From contig JACQUA010000037.1 in assembly GCA_016210565.1 (NCBI GenBank), positions 1 to 32,000 of the forward strand: a DNA stretch of 32,000 bases. Reading direction: 5' to 3'. Under the pieces are notes generated by a model that saw nothing but the letters and a program-made list of their open reading frames with translations, did not search any database and was not told the origin of the DNA. Below, one piece after another: positions 1 through 10,000 of this stretch (position 1 is its first letter; each line of letters begins with the position of its first letter). A program made the position numbers and the translations under genes. Source of the stretch: Chloroflexota bacterium. GTDB lineage: Bacteria; Chloroflexota; Dehalococcoidia; JACQUA01.

Positions 1-102
1 AATGTTTGGATTGATAACCTGGATGAAATCTATATCCGATTCAAGCATAAGATCGACCACTGGTCGAAAGACAAAATTAAGCAACTATGTATAATTAATT
101 AA
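1..102 (+). other. Possible C-terminal end of a truncated ORF (…NVWIDNLDEIYIRFKHKIDHWSKDKIKQLCIIN*), family unknown
   Basis: Open frame from the window edge to TAA at 100-102. Noticeably more AT-rich than the rest of the window. Confidence 0.25.
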
Positions 103-118
103 TGCGTTCGTATTAGTT

Positions 119-240
119 GTCACGGGCAAGATGCCCGTGCTACTGTGCCCGTGCTACCGCTGCGGTACAACGGGCATCCCTGCCGGTGGCTGGCGTTGGC
201 ATAGGTCCGGCCCGTCACGGGCAAGATGCCCGTGCTACTG
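119..240. repeat. Two copies of a 27-bp palindromic (REP-like) repeat GTCACGGGCAAGATGCCCGTGCTACTG
   Basis: Identical copies at 119-145 and 214-240. Each contains the perfect stem CACGGGCA/TGCCCGTG. Confidence 0.85.
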
Positions 241-254
241 ATGGTGTAACGATT

Positions 255-1103
255 ATGATTAGAGTTCTGGCTCCGGCCAAAATAAACCTGACCCTGGAGG
301 TGCTGTCGCGCCGTCCGGACGGCTACCACGAGATTTGCAGCGTGGTACAGGCGGTGGGTTTGTACGACGAACTAACGTTTGAAGGGGCTGAAGATATCAC
401 GCTCACCTGCGAAGGGTTGGACCTGCCCCCTGAAGACAATCTGGTGGTGAAATCTGCGCGCCTGCTGGGCCGGCAGACTGGGGCGGCGGTGGGGGCAAGG
501 ATAACTCTCAGGAAAGGAATCCCGGTGGGGGCGGGGTTGGGAGGAGGTTCCAGCGACGCCGCGGCGACTCTCACGGCTCTGAACGAGTTGTGGCAACTGG
601 GACTGTCCCGGGAGAGGCTCGCCGCACTGGCCGCCGGGGTCGGCTCGGACGTGCCCTTTTTTATCTACGGGGGGACCGCCCTGGTAAGGGGCAAGGGGGA
701 GACAGTAACACCCCTGGGGCCTGTTTCTCCGGCCTGGGTGGTGCTGCTCGACTCCCTGTTGAACGTGCCGGCGGGCAAGACCGCCATAATGTACAAAAGT
801 TTAACAGCTACCGACTTTACAGACGGGCATTATACGGTTAGAATGGTACAGGAAATAAGAGAAGAAAAGCGTATTGATGAAGACCTGCTTTTTAATGTTT
901 TCGATAGAGTAGCCACAGTCCTGTTTCCTGACCTACAGACCCAGAGGAGTCTGATGCAGAATGAGGGGAATGGGAAGGTGACGCTGGCCGGTTCCGGGCC
1001 GGTTTTGTGTTCGGTTTTAAGCCAAGAAACGGACGCGAGAAACTTGTATGGTAAACTGTTGTCGAGAGGAATAAAGGTCTATCTAGCGAAGACCTTGAAC
1101 TAA
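255..1103 (+). CDS. ispE: 4-diphosphocytidyl-2-C-methyl-D-erythritol kinase
   Basis: MIRVLAPAKINLTLEVLSRRPDGYHEI and GLGGGSSDAAATL (GHMP kinase motif) are characteristic of IspE. The provided ORF start at 117 translates the upstream REP repeat, so ATG 255 is the better start. Confidence 0.95.
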   Translation: MIRVLAPAKINLTLEVLSRRPDGYHEICSVVQAVGLYDELTFEGAEDITLTCEGLDLPPEDNLVVKSARLLGRQTGAAVGARITLRKGIPVGAGLGGGSSDAAATLTALNELWQLGLSRERLAALAAGVGSDVPFFIYGGTALVRGKGETVTPLGPVSPAWVVLLDSLLNVPAGKTAIMYKSLTATDFTDGHYTVRMVQEIREEKRIDEDLLFNVFDRVATVLFPDLQTQRSLMQNEGNGKVTLAGSGPVLCSVLSQETDARNLYGKLLSRGIKVYLAKTLN

Positions 1104-1104
1104 G

Positions 1105-1731
1105 ATGAACGGCATTGTTGAAATCCTGTCTGAAATGATCCCCAAAGAAAGGGACCGGAAAATAAGGACGGTGTGGTTCTTGCTCGCCCTGGTGGGAGCG
1201 ACCCTGGTGGTATCCTTTCTGGTACTGCTGCTCATCGTGCGGTTGCAGCCCCTGCTGTCGAGGCCGCTGCAAGAATACGCGCTCTATGCCTACCTCGGTG
1301 TTTTCTTCATCACGGTGCTCAATAGCTCCACTATCATCTTTCCCGCCCCCGGGATGGCGCTGGTCCTGGCTGCGGCGTCGCGCTGGGACCCGGTTTGGAT
1401 AGCGATCGCTGCGTCTATGGGAGGCTCTCTCGGCGAACTGACGGGGTATTTGATCGGCCGCGCCGGCAAGACGGTAATCGTGGCGGACCAATCCGAGGTC
1501 TACAAGCGTGCGGAAAGGTGGATGCGCCACTACGGCGCCTGGGTAGTATCGTTTCTGGCGGGAATACCGTTGATGCCCTTTGACATAGTTGGACTGGTGG
1601 CCGGCGGTCTGAAGTATCCGGTAGGGAAGTTCCTGCTGTTCTGCTGGTTTGGCCGCATCCCCCGGACGTTTGTGGAGGTGTTTGGCGGCGCCATGCTGCT
1701 GAAATGGGTACTCCATTTCCTGTTCAGATGA
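1105..1731 (+). CDS. DedA/VTT (SNARE-associated) family membrane protein
   Basis: Hydrophobic segments plus the pattern GGSLGELTGYLIGRAGKT…AGIPLMPFDIVGLVAGGLKYPVGKFLLFCWFGRIPR, typical of the VTT domain. Immediately follows ispE. Confidence 0.8.
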   Translation: MNGIVEILSEMIPKERDRKIRTVWFLLALVGATLVVSFLVLLLIVRLQPLLSRPLQEYALYAYLGVFFITVLNSSTIIFPAPGMALVLAAASRWDPVWIAIAASMGGSLGELTGYLIGRAGKTVIVADQSEVYKRAERWMRHYGAWVVSFLAGIPLMPFDIVGLVAGGLKYPVGKFLLFCWFGRIPRTFVEVFGGAMLLKWVLHFLFR

Positions 1732-1852
1732 TAGTCTATGTGGAATGAGAAGAACCAGACAGTGGCCATTAGCAAAATAAGTCAGCGTCTCAAGTCCCAG
1801 GATTCACAGGCACGGTGGCCTGTGGTACCGGATCACAGAAGATAACAGCTCA

Positions 1853-4696
1853 GTGGGAGAAGTACTGGTATCCCTGGACCTGGAGACGACAGGCCTTGAC
1901 CCTCAGAGCGCCCGTGTCATAGAAATCGGCGCTGTCAGATTCGATGGCGAACAAATCATCAGCCGTTTCCAGACGTTTGTTAATCCTGCCTGCCCGCTTC
2001 CCCTTTCGGCGCAGCGCCTGACCGGAATCGTTCTCTCGGACCTCGCCGCCGCCCCCTCGATTGGTGAAGCTCTCTCAAAGCTGCTTCCCTTCATCAAGGG
2101 TTACTCTCTTGTAGGGCACAGCCTCCGTTTCGACCTGGCTTTCCTGGAAGCCGGTGGAATCAAGATCCCCAACCGAGTCTATGATACGTTTGATCTGGCC
2201 GGTCTTCTTCTGCCCGAAACCCCGGACTTCAGCCTGGCCACCGTAGCCAGGGTACTTGGCGTCGAGGTAACTTCGGGCCACCGCGCTCTGGCTGACGCCG
2301 AAACCTCCATGCGGGTCTTCAATTGCTTGATGGCGCGGGCATCGAAACTGCCTCCCGGGGTCATCAGCGAGTGCCTCCGGCTGACAGAAGGCATCGACTG
2401 GCCCTACCGGCCGTTCTTTGCGGAGATTGCGGAGAGGCGGAGTGTGCTATCCGGCGGACCAGACCCCGACAGCGTGGTCGGATGGCTGCTGCCTTTCAGC
2501 TCCGAGGATAAATGGGCAAAATACCCCCCGCTCCAGGCCAATAAGAAGGTGGTGCCTATCGACGTCGAAAAGACAGGGGCCATGCTGGGTCCCGGGGGGG
2601 AGCTTACCCGGAGTTTCAGTGGTTTCCAGTGCCGGGGAGAGCAGATTACGATGGCCAAAGCCGTGTCTGCGGCCTTTAATGAAGGCCAACACCTCATCGT
2701 GGAGGCCGGGACCGGCACGGGCAAGTCCATTGCCTATTTGTTGCCGGCGGCCCTCTTTGCCCGGGAGAACCAGAGCCGTGTTGTTATTTCCAGCAATACC
2801 ATAAACCTCCAGGAACAGCTTATCCAGAAGGACATCCCGAGCTTGAGGGAGTGCCTGGGGTGGGATGAGGAGGCATTCCGCGCGACCCCCCTCAAGGGGA
2901 GGAACAACTATGTTTGCCTGCGCCGGTGGAATCACTTCCGCCAGGCCGCGGATATGTCTCCCGAGGAGACGAAGATATTCCTTCGGACGCTGGTCTGGGT
3001 GGGGGCGACGAGCACGGGCGATAGGGCGGAACTGCGCTTGCTCAACTCTGAAATGCGTCTGTGGGGGGAGGTGTGCTCGGAAGAGGAGACCTGTCTGGGA
3101 AACAAGTGCAGCTATAACCGCCGGGGAAGCTGCTTTCTCTACCGGGCCAGGAAGAGGGCGGAGAAAGCCCATCTCATCATTACCAACCACGCCCTGACGC
3201 TTTCGGACCTGGCCGTAGGCAACCAGGTCATCCCGGAATACCGGCGACTGATCGTCGACGAGGCCCATCATCTGGAGGAAGAAGCCACCGAACAGTTCAG
3301 CTTTGCTATCAATGAATCTCTCTTTAAGGACCATCTGAACCACCTCAGCGTCCGCACGACCGGCAAGGTTTACTCGGGCCTGCTGTCGGAGATTAAGGGC
3401 CGGCTCCGGCGCGTCAGACCGGCCAGGCCGCAGCGGACGGGGCCGGTGGAGACGCAGATAGATAGCCTGCAACTCACCGCGGAAATCTGCCAGCGCAGCA
3501 GCGAACGGTTTTTCGCCAGGCTGGCTGAATTCATGGGGGGGCAGGGGGCTGACGAGGGGGATTTCGAGAAACGCCTCCGGCTGACGCCTTCTCTGCGGAA
3601 GACTTCCGGCTGGGCGCGGGTTACAACGGATGGAGAGCCTCTCCTCAAGGACATGAAAGAACTCGCCGACGGCCTGGGCAAGCTGTATTCAGCCCTGGAG
3701 GGATTCGAGGACAACCCTTTCAATGACTACCAGGACATGATGGCTGAGCTTCTGTTCAGGGTGAGGAATGGCGAGGAGTTGACCCAGAGGCTCAGCTCCG
3801 CCGTGTTCAATCCGGAAAACGGCATGATCTACTGGGGCGTCCTGGAACGACAAAAGGCGGCTGCCAGCCTTTGCGCCGCTCCCCAGCACGTGGGTGAGCT
3901 GCTCCAGAAGTCCCTTTTTAGCGAGAAAGATTGCGTGGTGCTCACCAGCGCCACGCTGAGCACCGACAGCAATTTTGCCTTTGTCCGGGGCCGGCTGGGG
4001 TTGGACGAAGCGAGAGAACTTCTTATCGGAACGCCTTTCGACTATCTGAAGTCGACGTTGCTTTATGTTGTCAAGGACATGCCGGAACCCGATCAGCCCG
4101 GCTACCAGCAGACCCTGGAGAAACTACTTGTGGAGAGCTGCCGCGCCACCCGTGGCAAAACGCTGGTGCTCTTCACCTCGCACCGGGCGTTGAAGCGGAC
4201 CTACGAGGCAATCAAACCGTCCCTGGAGGGGGAAAGCATACTGGTCCTGGGGCAGGGCGTTGACGGTTCTCCGAAGAGACTGCTCGACACGTTTAAGACC
4301 AACGAGCAGAGCGTCCTGCTGGGGACCAGTTCTTTCTGGGAGGGGGTGGATGTGGTGGGCAAGGCCCTGAGTGTGCTGGTCATCGCCCGGCTGCCTTTTT
4401 CGGTCCCCAACGACCCGATCATCAGCGCGCGGTGCGAGGAGTACGCCTCACCTTTCTACGAGTTCATGGTGCCGCAGTCCATAATCCGGTTCAAACAGGG
4501 TTTCGGACGTTTGATCAGAAGCCACAACGACCGGGGGGTGGTGATAGTAGCGGACTCCCGGATCAAGAACCGCCCTTATGGCCAGACCTTTATCCAGTCC
4601 CTGCCCCAGTGCCAGCTAAAAATAGAGGCCGGGCGACACCTGGTGACCGAGCTCAGGAAGTGGCTGCCGGAGGAGACGGGCGGGGACGGTTCGTAA
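1853..4696 (+). CDS. dinG: DnaQ-like 3'-5' exonuclease domain fused to DinG-type superfamily 2 DNA helicase
   Basis: N-terminal SLDLETTGLDPQSARVIEIGAV (ExoI motif), Walker A EAGTGTGKS, DEAH box VDEAHH, cysteine cluster (C…CSEEETCLGNKCSYNRRGSC) consistent with an Fe-S domain, and C-terminal GTSSFWEGVDV…GRLIRS. Confidence 0.92.
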   Translation: MGEVLVSLDLETTGLDPQSARVIEIGAVRFDGEQIISRFQTFVNPACPLPLSAQRLTGIVLSDLAAAPSIGEALSKLLPFIKGYSLVGHSLRFDLAFLEAGGIKIPNRVYDTFDLAGLLLPETPDFSLATVARVLGVEVTSGHRALADAETSMRVFNCLMARASKLPPGVISECLRLTEGIDWPYRPFFAEIAERRSVLSGGPDPDSVVGWLLPFSSEDKWAKYPPLQANKKVVPIDVEKTGAMLGPGGELTRSFSGFQCRGEQITMAKAVSAAFNEGQHLIVEAGTGTGKSIAYLLPAALFARENQSRVVISSNTINLQEQLIQKDIPSLRECLGWDEEAFRATPLKGRNNYVCLRRWNHFRQAADMSPEETKIFLRTLVWVGATSTGDRAELRLLNSEMRLWGEVCSEEETCLGNKCSYNRRGSCFLYRARKRAEKAHLIITNHALTLSDLAVGNQVIPEYRRLIVDEAHHLEEEATEQFSFAINESLFKDHLNHLSVRTTGKVYSGLLSEIKGRLRRVRPARPQRTGPVETQIDSLQLTAEICQRSSERFFARLAEFMGGQGADEGDFEKRLRLTPSLRKTSGWARVTTDGEPLLKDMKELADGLGKLYSALEGFEDNPFNDYQDMMAELLFRVRNGEELTQRLSSAVFNPENGMIYWGVLERQKAAASLCAAPQHVGELLQKSLFSEKDCVVLTSATLSTDSNFAFVRGRLGLDEARELLIGTPFDYLKSTLLYVVKDMPEPDQPGYQQTLEKLLVESCRATRGKTLVLFTSHRALKRTYEAIKPSLEGESILVLGQGVDGSPKRLLDTFKTNEQSVLLGTSSFWEGVDVVGKALSVLVIARLPFSVPNDPIISARCEEYASPFYEFMVPQSIIRFKQGFGRLIRSHNDRGVVIVADSRIKNRPYGQTFIQSLPQCQLKIEAGRHLVTELRKWLPEETGGDGS

Positions 4697-4856
4697 GGTT
4701 TATAAGGTTTATAAGGTTAGAAAGTTAGAAGGTTGGAGGGTTCGTTGAGTTGATCGAGTTCTTTGAGTTATTGAGTTATTGAGTTCCTCCTCCCCTCCCC
4801 GACTGCCGACTGACAGACTGCTTGGCTGGTCACTGCTCGACTGCTTGACTATCGAC
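4697..4856. repeat. Left arm of a composite low-complexity inverted repeat flanking the DUF120 gene
   Basis: Order: GGTTTATAA repeats, then GAGTTATT repeats, then CCTCCCCGACTGCCGACTGACAGACTGCTTGGCTGGTCACTGCTCGACTGCTTGAC. All are mirrored as reverse complement at 5262-5458. Confidence 0.85.
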
Positions 4857-5246
4857 TTCGATTTCCACTTCGTCCCCATCCTTGATGTTAAGGGTGTCTT
4901 TTAACTTCACGGGGGCCAGGATTTCCACGATGTTCTTGCCGTGGATGCGGGCCTTTTCTTCGGGGGCTACGAGGGCGGCTGGTATCTTCCCGATGCGGAC
5001 CTTCCAGCACCGGCCTTCGCAAAAGTTCTTGTCCGGGGGGACGATGCAGATGCCTTCGCTGCGGAGCAGCCTTTCCAGGGCCGGCGCATCTTCTTCCCGG
5101 ATGTCCAGGTTCAGCGTACCGGGCCACGGTTCAAATCCCAGCGCGGCGCGGCATTGCTCCTTGACCCAGTCCAGTCCGGCGAAAAACGCCCCCTGCCCCA
5201 CCCCGCTGATGACTTTGCCGCGGAAACTGTCTTTAGCCAATTTCAT
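4830..5246 (-). CDS. DUF120-domain protein, CTP-dependent riboflavin kinase-like (archaeal RibK type)
   Basis: GKVISGVGQGAFFAGLDWVKEQCRAALGFEPWPGTLNLDI…GRCWKVRIG…VEILAPVKLKDTLNIKDGDEVEIEV matches the DUF120/RibK pattern from memory. Confidence 0.8.
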   Translation of the reverse strand: MKLAKDSFRGKVISGVGQGAFFAGLDWVKEQCRAALGFEPWPGTLNLDIREEDAPALERLLRSEGICIVPPDKNFCEGRCWKVRIGKIPAALVAPEEKARIHGKNIVEILAPVKLKDTLNIKDGDEVEIEVDSQAVEQ

Positions 5247-5261
5247 ACTCCGTCAAAACAG

Positions 5262-5458
5262 TCTAAACTGTCAAGCAGTGACCAGTCAAGCAGTGACCAG
5301 TCAAGCAGTCTAAGCAGTCAAGCAGTCTGTCAGTCGGCAGTCGGCAGTCGGGGAAGGGGGGAACTCAATAACTCAATAACCCAATAACCCAATAACTCAT
5401 TAGCTCAATAACTCAACGAACCTTATAAACCTTATAAACCTTCCAACCTTCGAACCTC
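5262..5458. repeat. Right arm of composite low-complexity inverted repeat
   Basis: CAGTCTAAACTGTCAAGCAGTGACCAGTCAAGCAG…CGGCAGTCGGGGAAGG, then (AACTCAAT)n-like, then CCTTATAAACCTTATAAACCTTCC. This is the reverse complement of the 4697-4856 arm. Confidence 0.85.
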
Positions 5459-6691
5459 TTCAATGAGTTCCCTCGCCAGTTCTTCCTCCCCTGCCGTGTC
5501 CTTGATCAGCCCATCCAGCCGGGCCATGTGCAGGTCGTGCAATATCTTGCCCATAGCCGGCCCCTGGGGCGCGCCGAGGGCTTTAAGCCGGGCGCCGTCC
5601 GTTTCCACCTTCACGCCGCGGATGACGTCCAGGAACAGTCTCAGGTAGCCGGCGGCCAGCGGGTCATCCGCTGCTGTGATGTTGACCTGGATGGCGTAGG
5701 GGAGAAAACGGGCCAGCAGCCGGTAGACTTCGCTGTTCTTCATCCCCGGCCTGAAATCCCCCAGTTTCTGCTTCAGACGCAGCGTATCCCTCATGACGCG
5801 CCCCGTCCGTCCCGGGAAATTCAGCCGTGAACTGAGCTCCTCGTTCTGGGCGAGGGTGAGATTCCAGGCCAGGAGCGAAAGGTACACCGAAACGGGCGGC
5901 TGCTTCGGCTGGAACTCCTCCCGCGCCTCGCGGAACTTCCGGGCCAGCCAGTCGTCTCCCTTCAGCCGGGGGTGCAGTTGGGTCAGGATGCCCAGCTCCC
6001 CGGCGCGTTGCAGGATCGTTTCAGGTTCGTTTTCAGCCAGGACAAGCTCCATCTCGTGCCGCAGCCGGTCGCCGCTGATGGTCTGAACATAGCCGGCGTC
6101 CCGTTTGGCGAGCGCCTCCGTCCCAGGTTCCAGCTTGAATCCCAGGCGGCTCTCGTACCGGACGGCGCGGAACAGCCTGGTTGCGTCATCAATGAAGCTC
6201 CGGTCGTGCAGGATGCGAATGAAGCGATGTTCCAGGTCGGCCCTTCCGCCGAAAGGGTCGCTGAGTTCCCCGGGGCGGGGCGGCGAAAGTCCCAGGGCCA
6301 TGGCGTTGATGGTGAAATCGCGGCGCCCGAGGTCTTCCTGGATGGTACCCGGCCTGACGACCGGCAGCGCTCCCGGCTTCTCGTAAGTTTCCGACCGCGC
6401 AGTGACCAGGTCCAGGTGAAATCCGGCATAGGCCAGGCTGGAGGCGCCGAAGCGGTCGTGGGAGATGATTTTCGCGTCCAGCTTTTCGGCGAGGCTCCTC
6501 GCCAGAGCCGGGGCGTCGCCTTCCACCACCAGGTCGAGGTCGATGTTAACCCTTCCCAGGAGTAGGTCTCTCACTGCCCCTCCCACCAGGTAAAGGGCCT
6601 GTCCCCTGTCTGCGGCGATATCTCCCGCCATTCTCACCACGGCCATCAAACGGGGTGCGATGCGTTCTTCAAGCTTCTTGAGTAGTTCCAT
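5432..6691 (-). CDS. cca: CCA tRNA nucleotidyltransferase / poly(A) polymerase family protein
   Basis: LYLVGGAVRDLLLGRVNIDLDLVVEGDA, RRDFTINAMAL and DDATRLFRAVRYESRLGFKLEP are class II CCA/PAP signature motifs. Confidence 0.9.
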   Translation of the reverse strand: MELLKKLEERIAPRLMAVVRMAGDIAADRGQALYLVGGAVRDLLLGRVNIDLDLVVEGDAPALARSLAEKLDAKIISHDRFGASSLAYAGFHLDLVTARSETYEKPGALPVVRPGTIQEDLGRRDFTINAMALGLSPPRPGELSDPFGGRADLEHRFIRILHDRSFIDDATRLFRAVRYESRLGFKLEPGTEALAKRDAGYVQTISGDRLRHEMELVLAENEPETILQRAGELGILTQLHPRLKGDDWLARKFREAREEFQPKQPPVSVYLSLLAWNLTLAQNEELSSRLNFPGRTGRVMRDTLRLKQKLGDFRPGMKNSEVYRLLARFLPYAIQVNITAADDPLAAGYLRLFLDVIRGVKVETDGARLKALGAPQGPAMGKILHDLHMARLDGLIKDTAGEEELARELIEEVRRLEGL

Positions 6692-7002
6692 GGTTCAATT
6701 CGTGCCACAGGCGTCACGCCTGTGAGGACGCTGTTTTCATCCGTGATGGTCCCGACTAGTCGGGATGGCTGGTTGCTGGCTATTGTAGCACCCTTTGCCT
6801 GGCAGGTGGTAAACACGTGCGTGGATACGTATTGACAGCGAATGCCCGCCTGACTAAACTATGATGTGCTCCAGGGCATAAATGCCGGAGCCTGTAATCT
6901 TTGTAGAATCGATTTCAACATAGAGTCCCTTGTCATTCGTCTCAAATCGGCGCCCCGGTCAGCGTCTGGCGAGCGGCTTGGCTGGTTGAAACGGGGTATG
7001 CC

Positions 7003-10000
7003 ATGAAACAATCAATCCGCCTGGTGAGTCTGGCATGTGCGGTTTTTGTGCTGTTTTCGTTTTTTCCGCCCCTCCTGGACCATGCCGTCGCCCAGGGGCC
7101 GGTGGCGCCCTCGAAGATCAGCAGCCGGCTGGACATGCAGCTAAAAGAAAAGGCGGTGTACATCGCAAGGGGCGGCAGGATGCAGCCGGAGGAGGTCACG
7201 CTCCCTCAATTGATTGGTAGACCGCTGGAGGAAGCTTCCCGGCAGAAAGTGTTCATCCATAGCGCGGAGCGGCCCGGTCCGGCCCAGCTAGCCGAATTGC
7301 GGGCTATGGGCATCGCCGTTTACCCAGATTCCTGGATACCCCCTGTCGGCCGTCACCCCACCGGCTTCTTCTACGCCGAGTCGCCGGTGGACCAGATCCA
7401 GGTCCTGGCGGCCAGGGACTACGTGTCCCGTGTAGAGACTGCGGAGATGGCCAGCAAACCACTCAACGATCTCGCGGCCCAGGCCACCGGGGCCAACCAG
7501 GTGTGGAACCTGGGCTACCGGGGCGCGGGGGTCACGGTGGCGGTCCTCGATTCAGGGCTGGACACGAACCATCTCGATTTCCCGGTCCCGGTTGTCAAGA
7601 AGGACTATTCGGCTTACCCTGTGGTGGATGAAACCGTCGCTAACACGGTGACCGGGCACGGCACCCACGTCGCGGGTACCGCCGTGGGTCGGGGTACCCG
7701 GTCGGGAGGGACCTATAAGGGGGCGGCGCCGGAGGCCAGCCTGGTGTTTATTAAGATCGGCCGCGACAGCGATAGCGCGGCCCCCTCCGCCGGCGAGGTG
7801 GCAGCCATCAGAGACGCCGTGGACCTGTACGGGGCCCGGGTCATCACCATGAGCTACGGAAGCTGGAGCGACTACCACGACGGGTCTGGCAGTGTGGCGC
7901 AGGCGGTGGACTACGCGGTCAGCCGGGGCGCCGTATACTTCGGCTCGGCGGGCAACTCCGCTAACGACGGCGAGCATTACTCGGGGACCGTCAGCGCCGG
8001 AGGTACCACCGGCTTTGTCCAGGTCAACGCCACCAATACCAGCGGGACTTCCGCCACCAATACTACGGTCCTGTCTTTCAACATGGTCTGGTTCGACGGC
8101 CCCGGCATACGTAATGATCTCGTGCTGGAGTATTACGACTCGGCATTTCAACTGCTGGCCTCTACCAATGGCACTCAGTCCCAGGGATCGAGGGGCACCG
8201 AGAGCGAGGTTTCCAGGATGAACGGCTGGCTTCCCTATCTCCCCTCCCTTGCTACCAGCACCTGGTACGTCAGGGTACGCAACAACTCGGCGACCGACCA
8301 GCTATTTCATCTCTACTACGACGACTATTATAACAGCTCCTCGGCGGTAAGAGTGACCTTTCAAACACCTGACCCCTTCTATACCCTCTCCTCACCCGCG
8401 GAAGCCGATGGCGCCATTGCCGTGGGCGCCTACGTAACCAGGAAGATCTGGACCGACTACCAGGGAGGCATGTGGCAGTCGTCCGAAACAGTGGGCACGA
8501 TTGCATCATTCAGCAGCCGGGGGCCCCGGGTGGATGGCGGGGCGCCGGGCGCGCCGGGCAAACCGAACCTGGTAGCGCCGGGTTCACGCATCGTATCGGC
8601 CCGGGACGCCGTGGTCTATCCATGGCCCAATACCAACTACAACCGTTATGTAATTGACAATGACGGGCAGTTCCTCAACGGGTCGGGGCCCGCGGACTAC
8701 TACCTGATGCAGGGAACGAGCATGGCGGCGCCCCACGCTGCGGGAATTGCTGCCCTTCTCTTGAGCAAGAACCCGTCGCTGACGCCGGCGCAGGTCCGTA
8801 CCTATTTGGAAAGCACTGCCACGGACAAAGGCGACCCCGGCCGGGATAATACCTACGGTTGGGGGCTGATCAATGCCCTCGCCGCCATCAACCAGGTCCC
8901 GGCGGCCGTGCCGCCGGTGGCCGGCTTCACCAGGGTACTCAATCCCGCGAACGGGGTGGCGCCGGTTACGGCAAACTTTACCGATACTTCGACCAATTCG
9001 CCGACAAGCTGGTCCTGGAACTTCGGCGATGGCAGCGGCAGTTCTTCCCAGAACCCGAGCAAGACCTACAGCACCCCGGGCAACTACACGGTGACTCTGA
9101 CGGCGGGCAATATCGCAGGGTCCAGCTCTGCATCCCAGACGGTGAATATCTACAGCATCCCTGTGGCCGGGTTCACCAGGACACTGAATCCCGCGAACGG
9201 TGTGGCGCCGGCTTCAGCGACCTTCACCGATTCTTCCACTGGCAATGTTACGACCTGGTCCTGGAGCTTCGGCGATGGCACGGGCAGCTCCTCCCAGAAC
9301 GCGGTGAAGATTTACAGCGCCGGGGGCAACTACACGGTGACGCTGACCGCTAGCAACCCTGCCGGATCGAGATCGACTTCACAGATTGTCAGCGTATACG
9401 GCGCTCCGGTAGCCGGTTTCAGCAAGAGCGCTTCCATTGGCCTCGTCCCGCTGACGGTTAACTTTGCGGATACTTCCAGCGGCAATGTCACCGGCTGGTC
9501 GTGGAACTTCGGCGATGGCGCCGGCAGTTCATCGCAGAACCCATCCCGGACCTACGCCAGTTCCGGGAATTACACTGTAACCCTGACGGCGACTAACCCG
9601 GCAGGGTCCAACTCCACCTCCCAGGCGATTGCTGTCTACAACTTGCCCGTGGCCGGCTTCACGAAGAGCCTTAGTCCGGGGAACGGCGTGGCGCCGGTCA
9701 CTGTCAGTTTTACTGATACTTCCACCGGGACTCCGGTAACGTGGTCCTGGGACTTCGGCGACGGGACCGGCAGTTCTTCCCAGAACCCGGTGAAGATTTA
9801 CAGCGCGGCGGGTAACCATACCGTAACGTTGACTGTTACCAACCCCCCCGGCGGGGTTGGGTCTGTTTCCCAGGCAGTGAGCGTGTACAGCATGCCTGTA
9901 GCCGGCTTCACCGAAAATGTTTCCAGCGGGATAGCGCCGCTGACGGTGAACTTCACCGATACCTCGGCGGGCAACATCGTGAGCTGGCTGTGGAGCTTCG

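Noticed and set aside
892-1716. 274-aa minus-strand ORF
   Set aside because: Overlaps ispE and the DedA-like gene on the opposite strand. Composition not protein-like.
2447-3472. 341-aa minus-strand ORF
   Set aside because: Antisense to the dinG fusion gene, which has clear motifs throughout.
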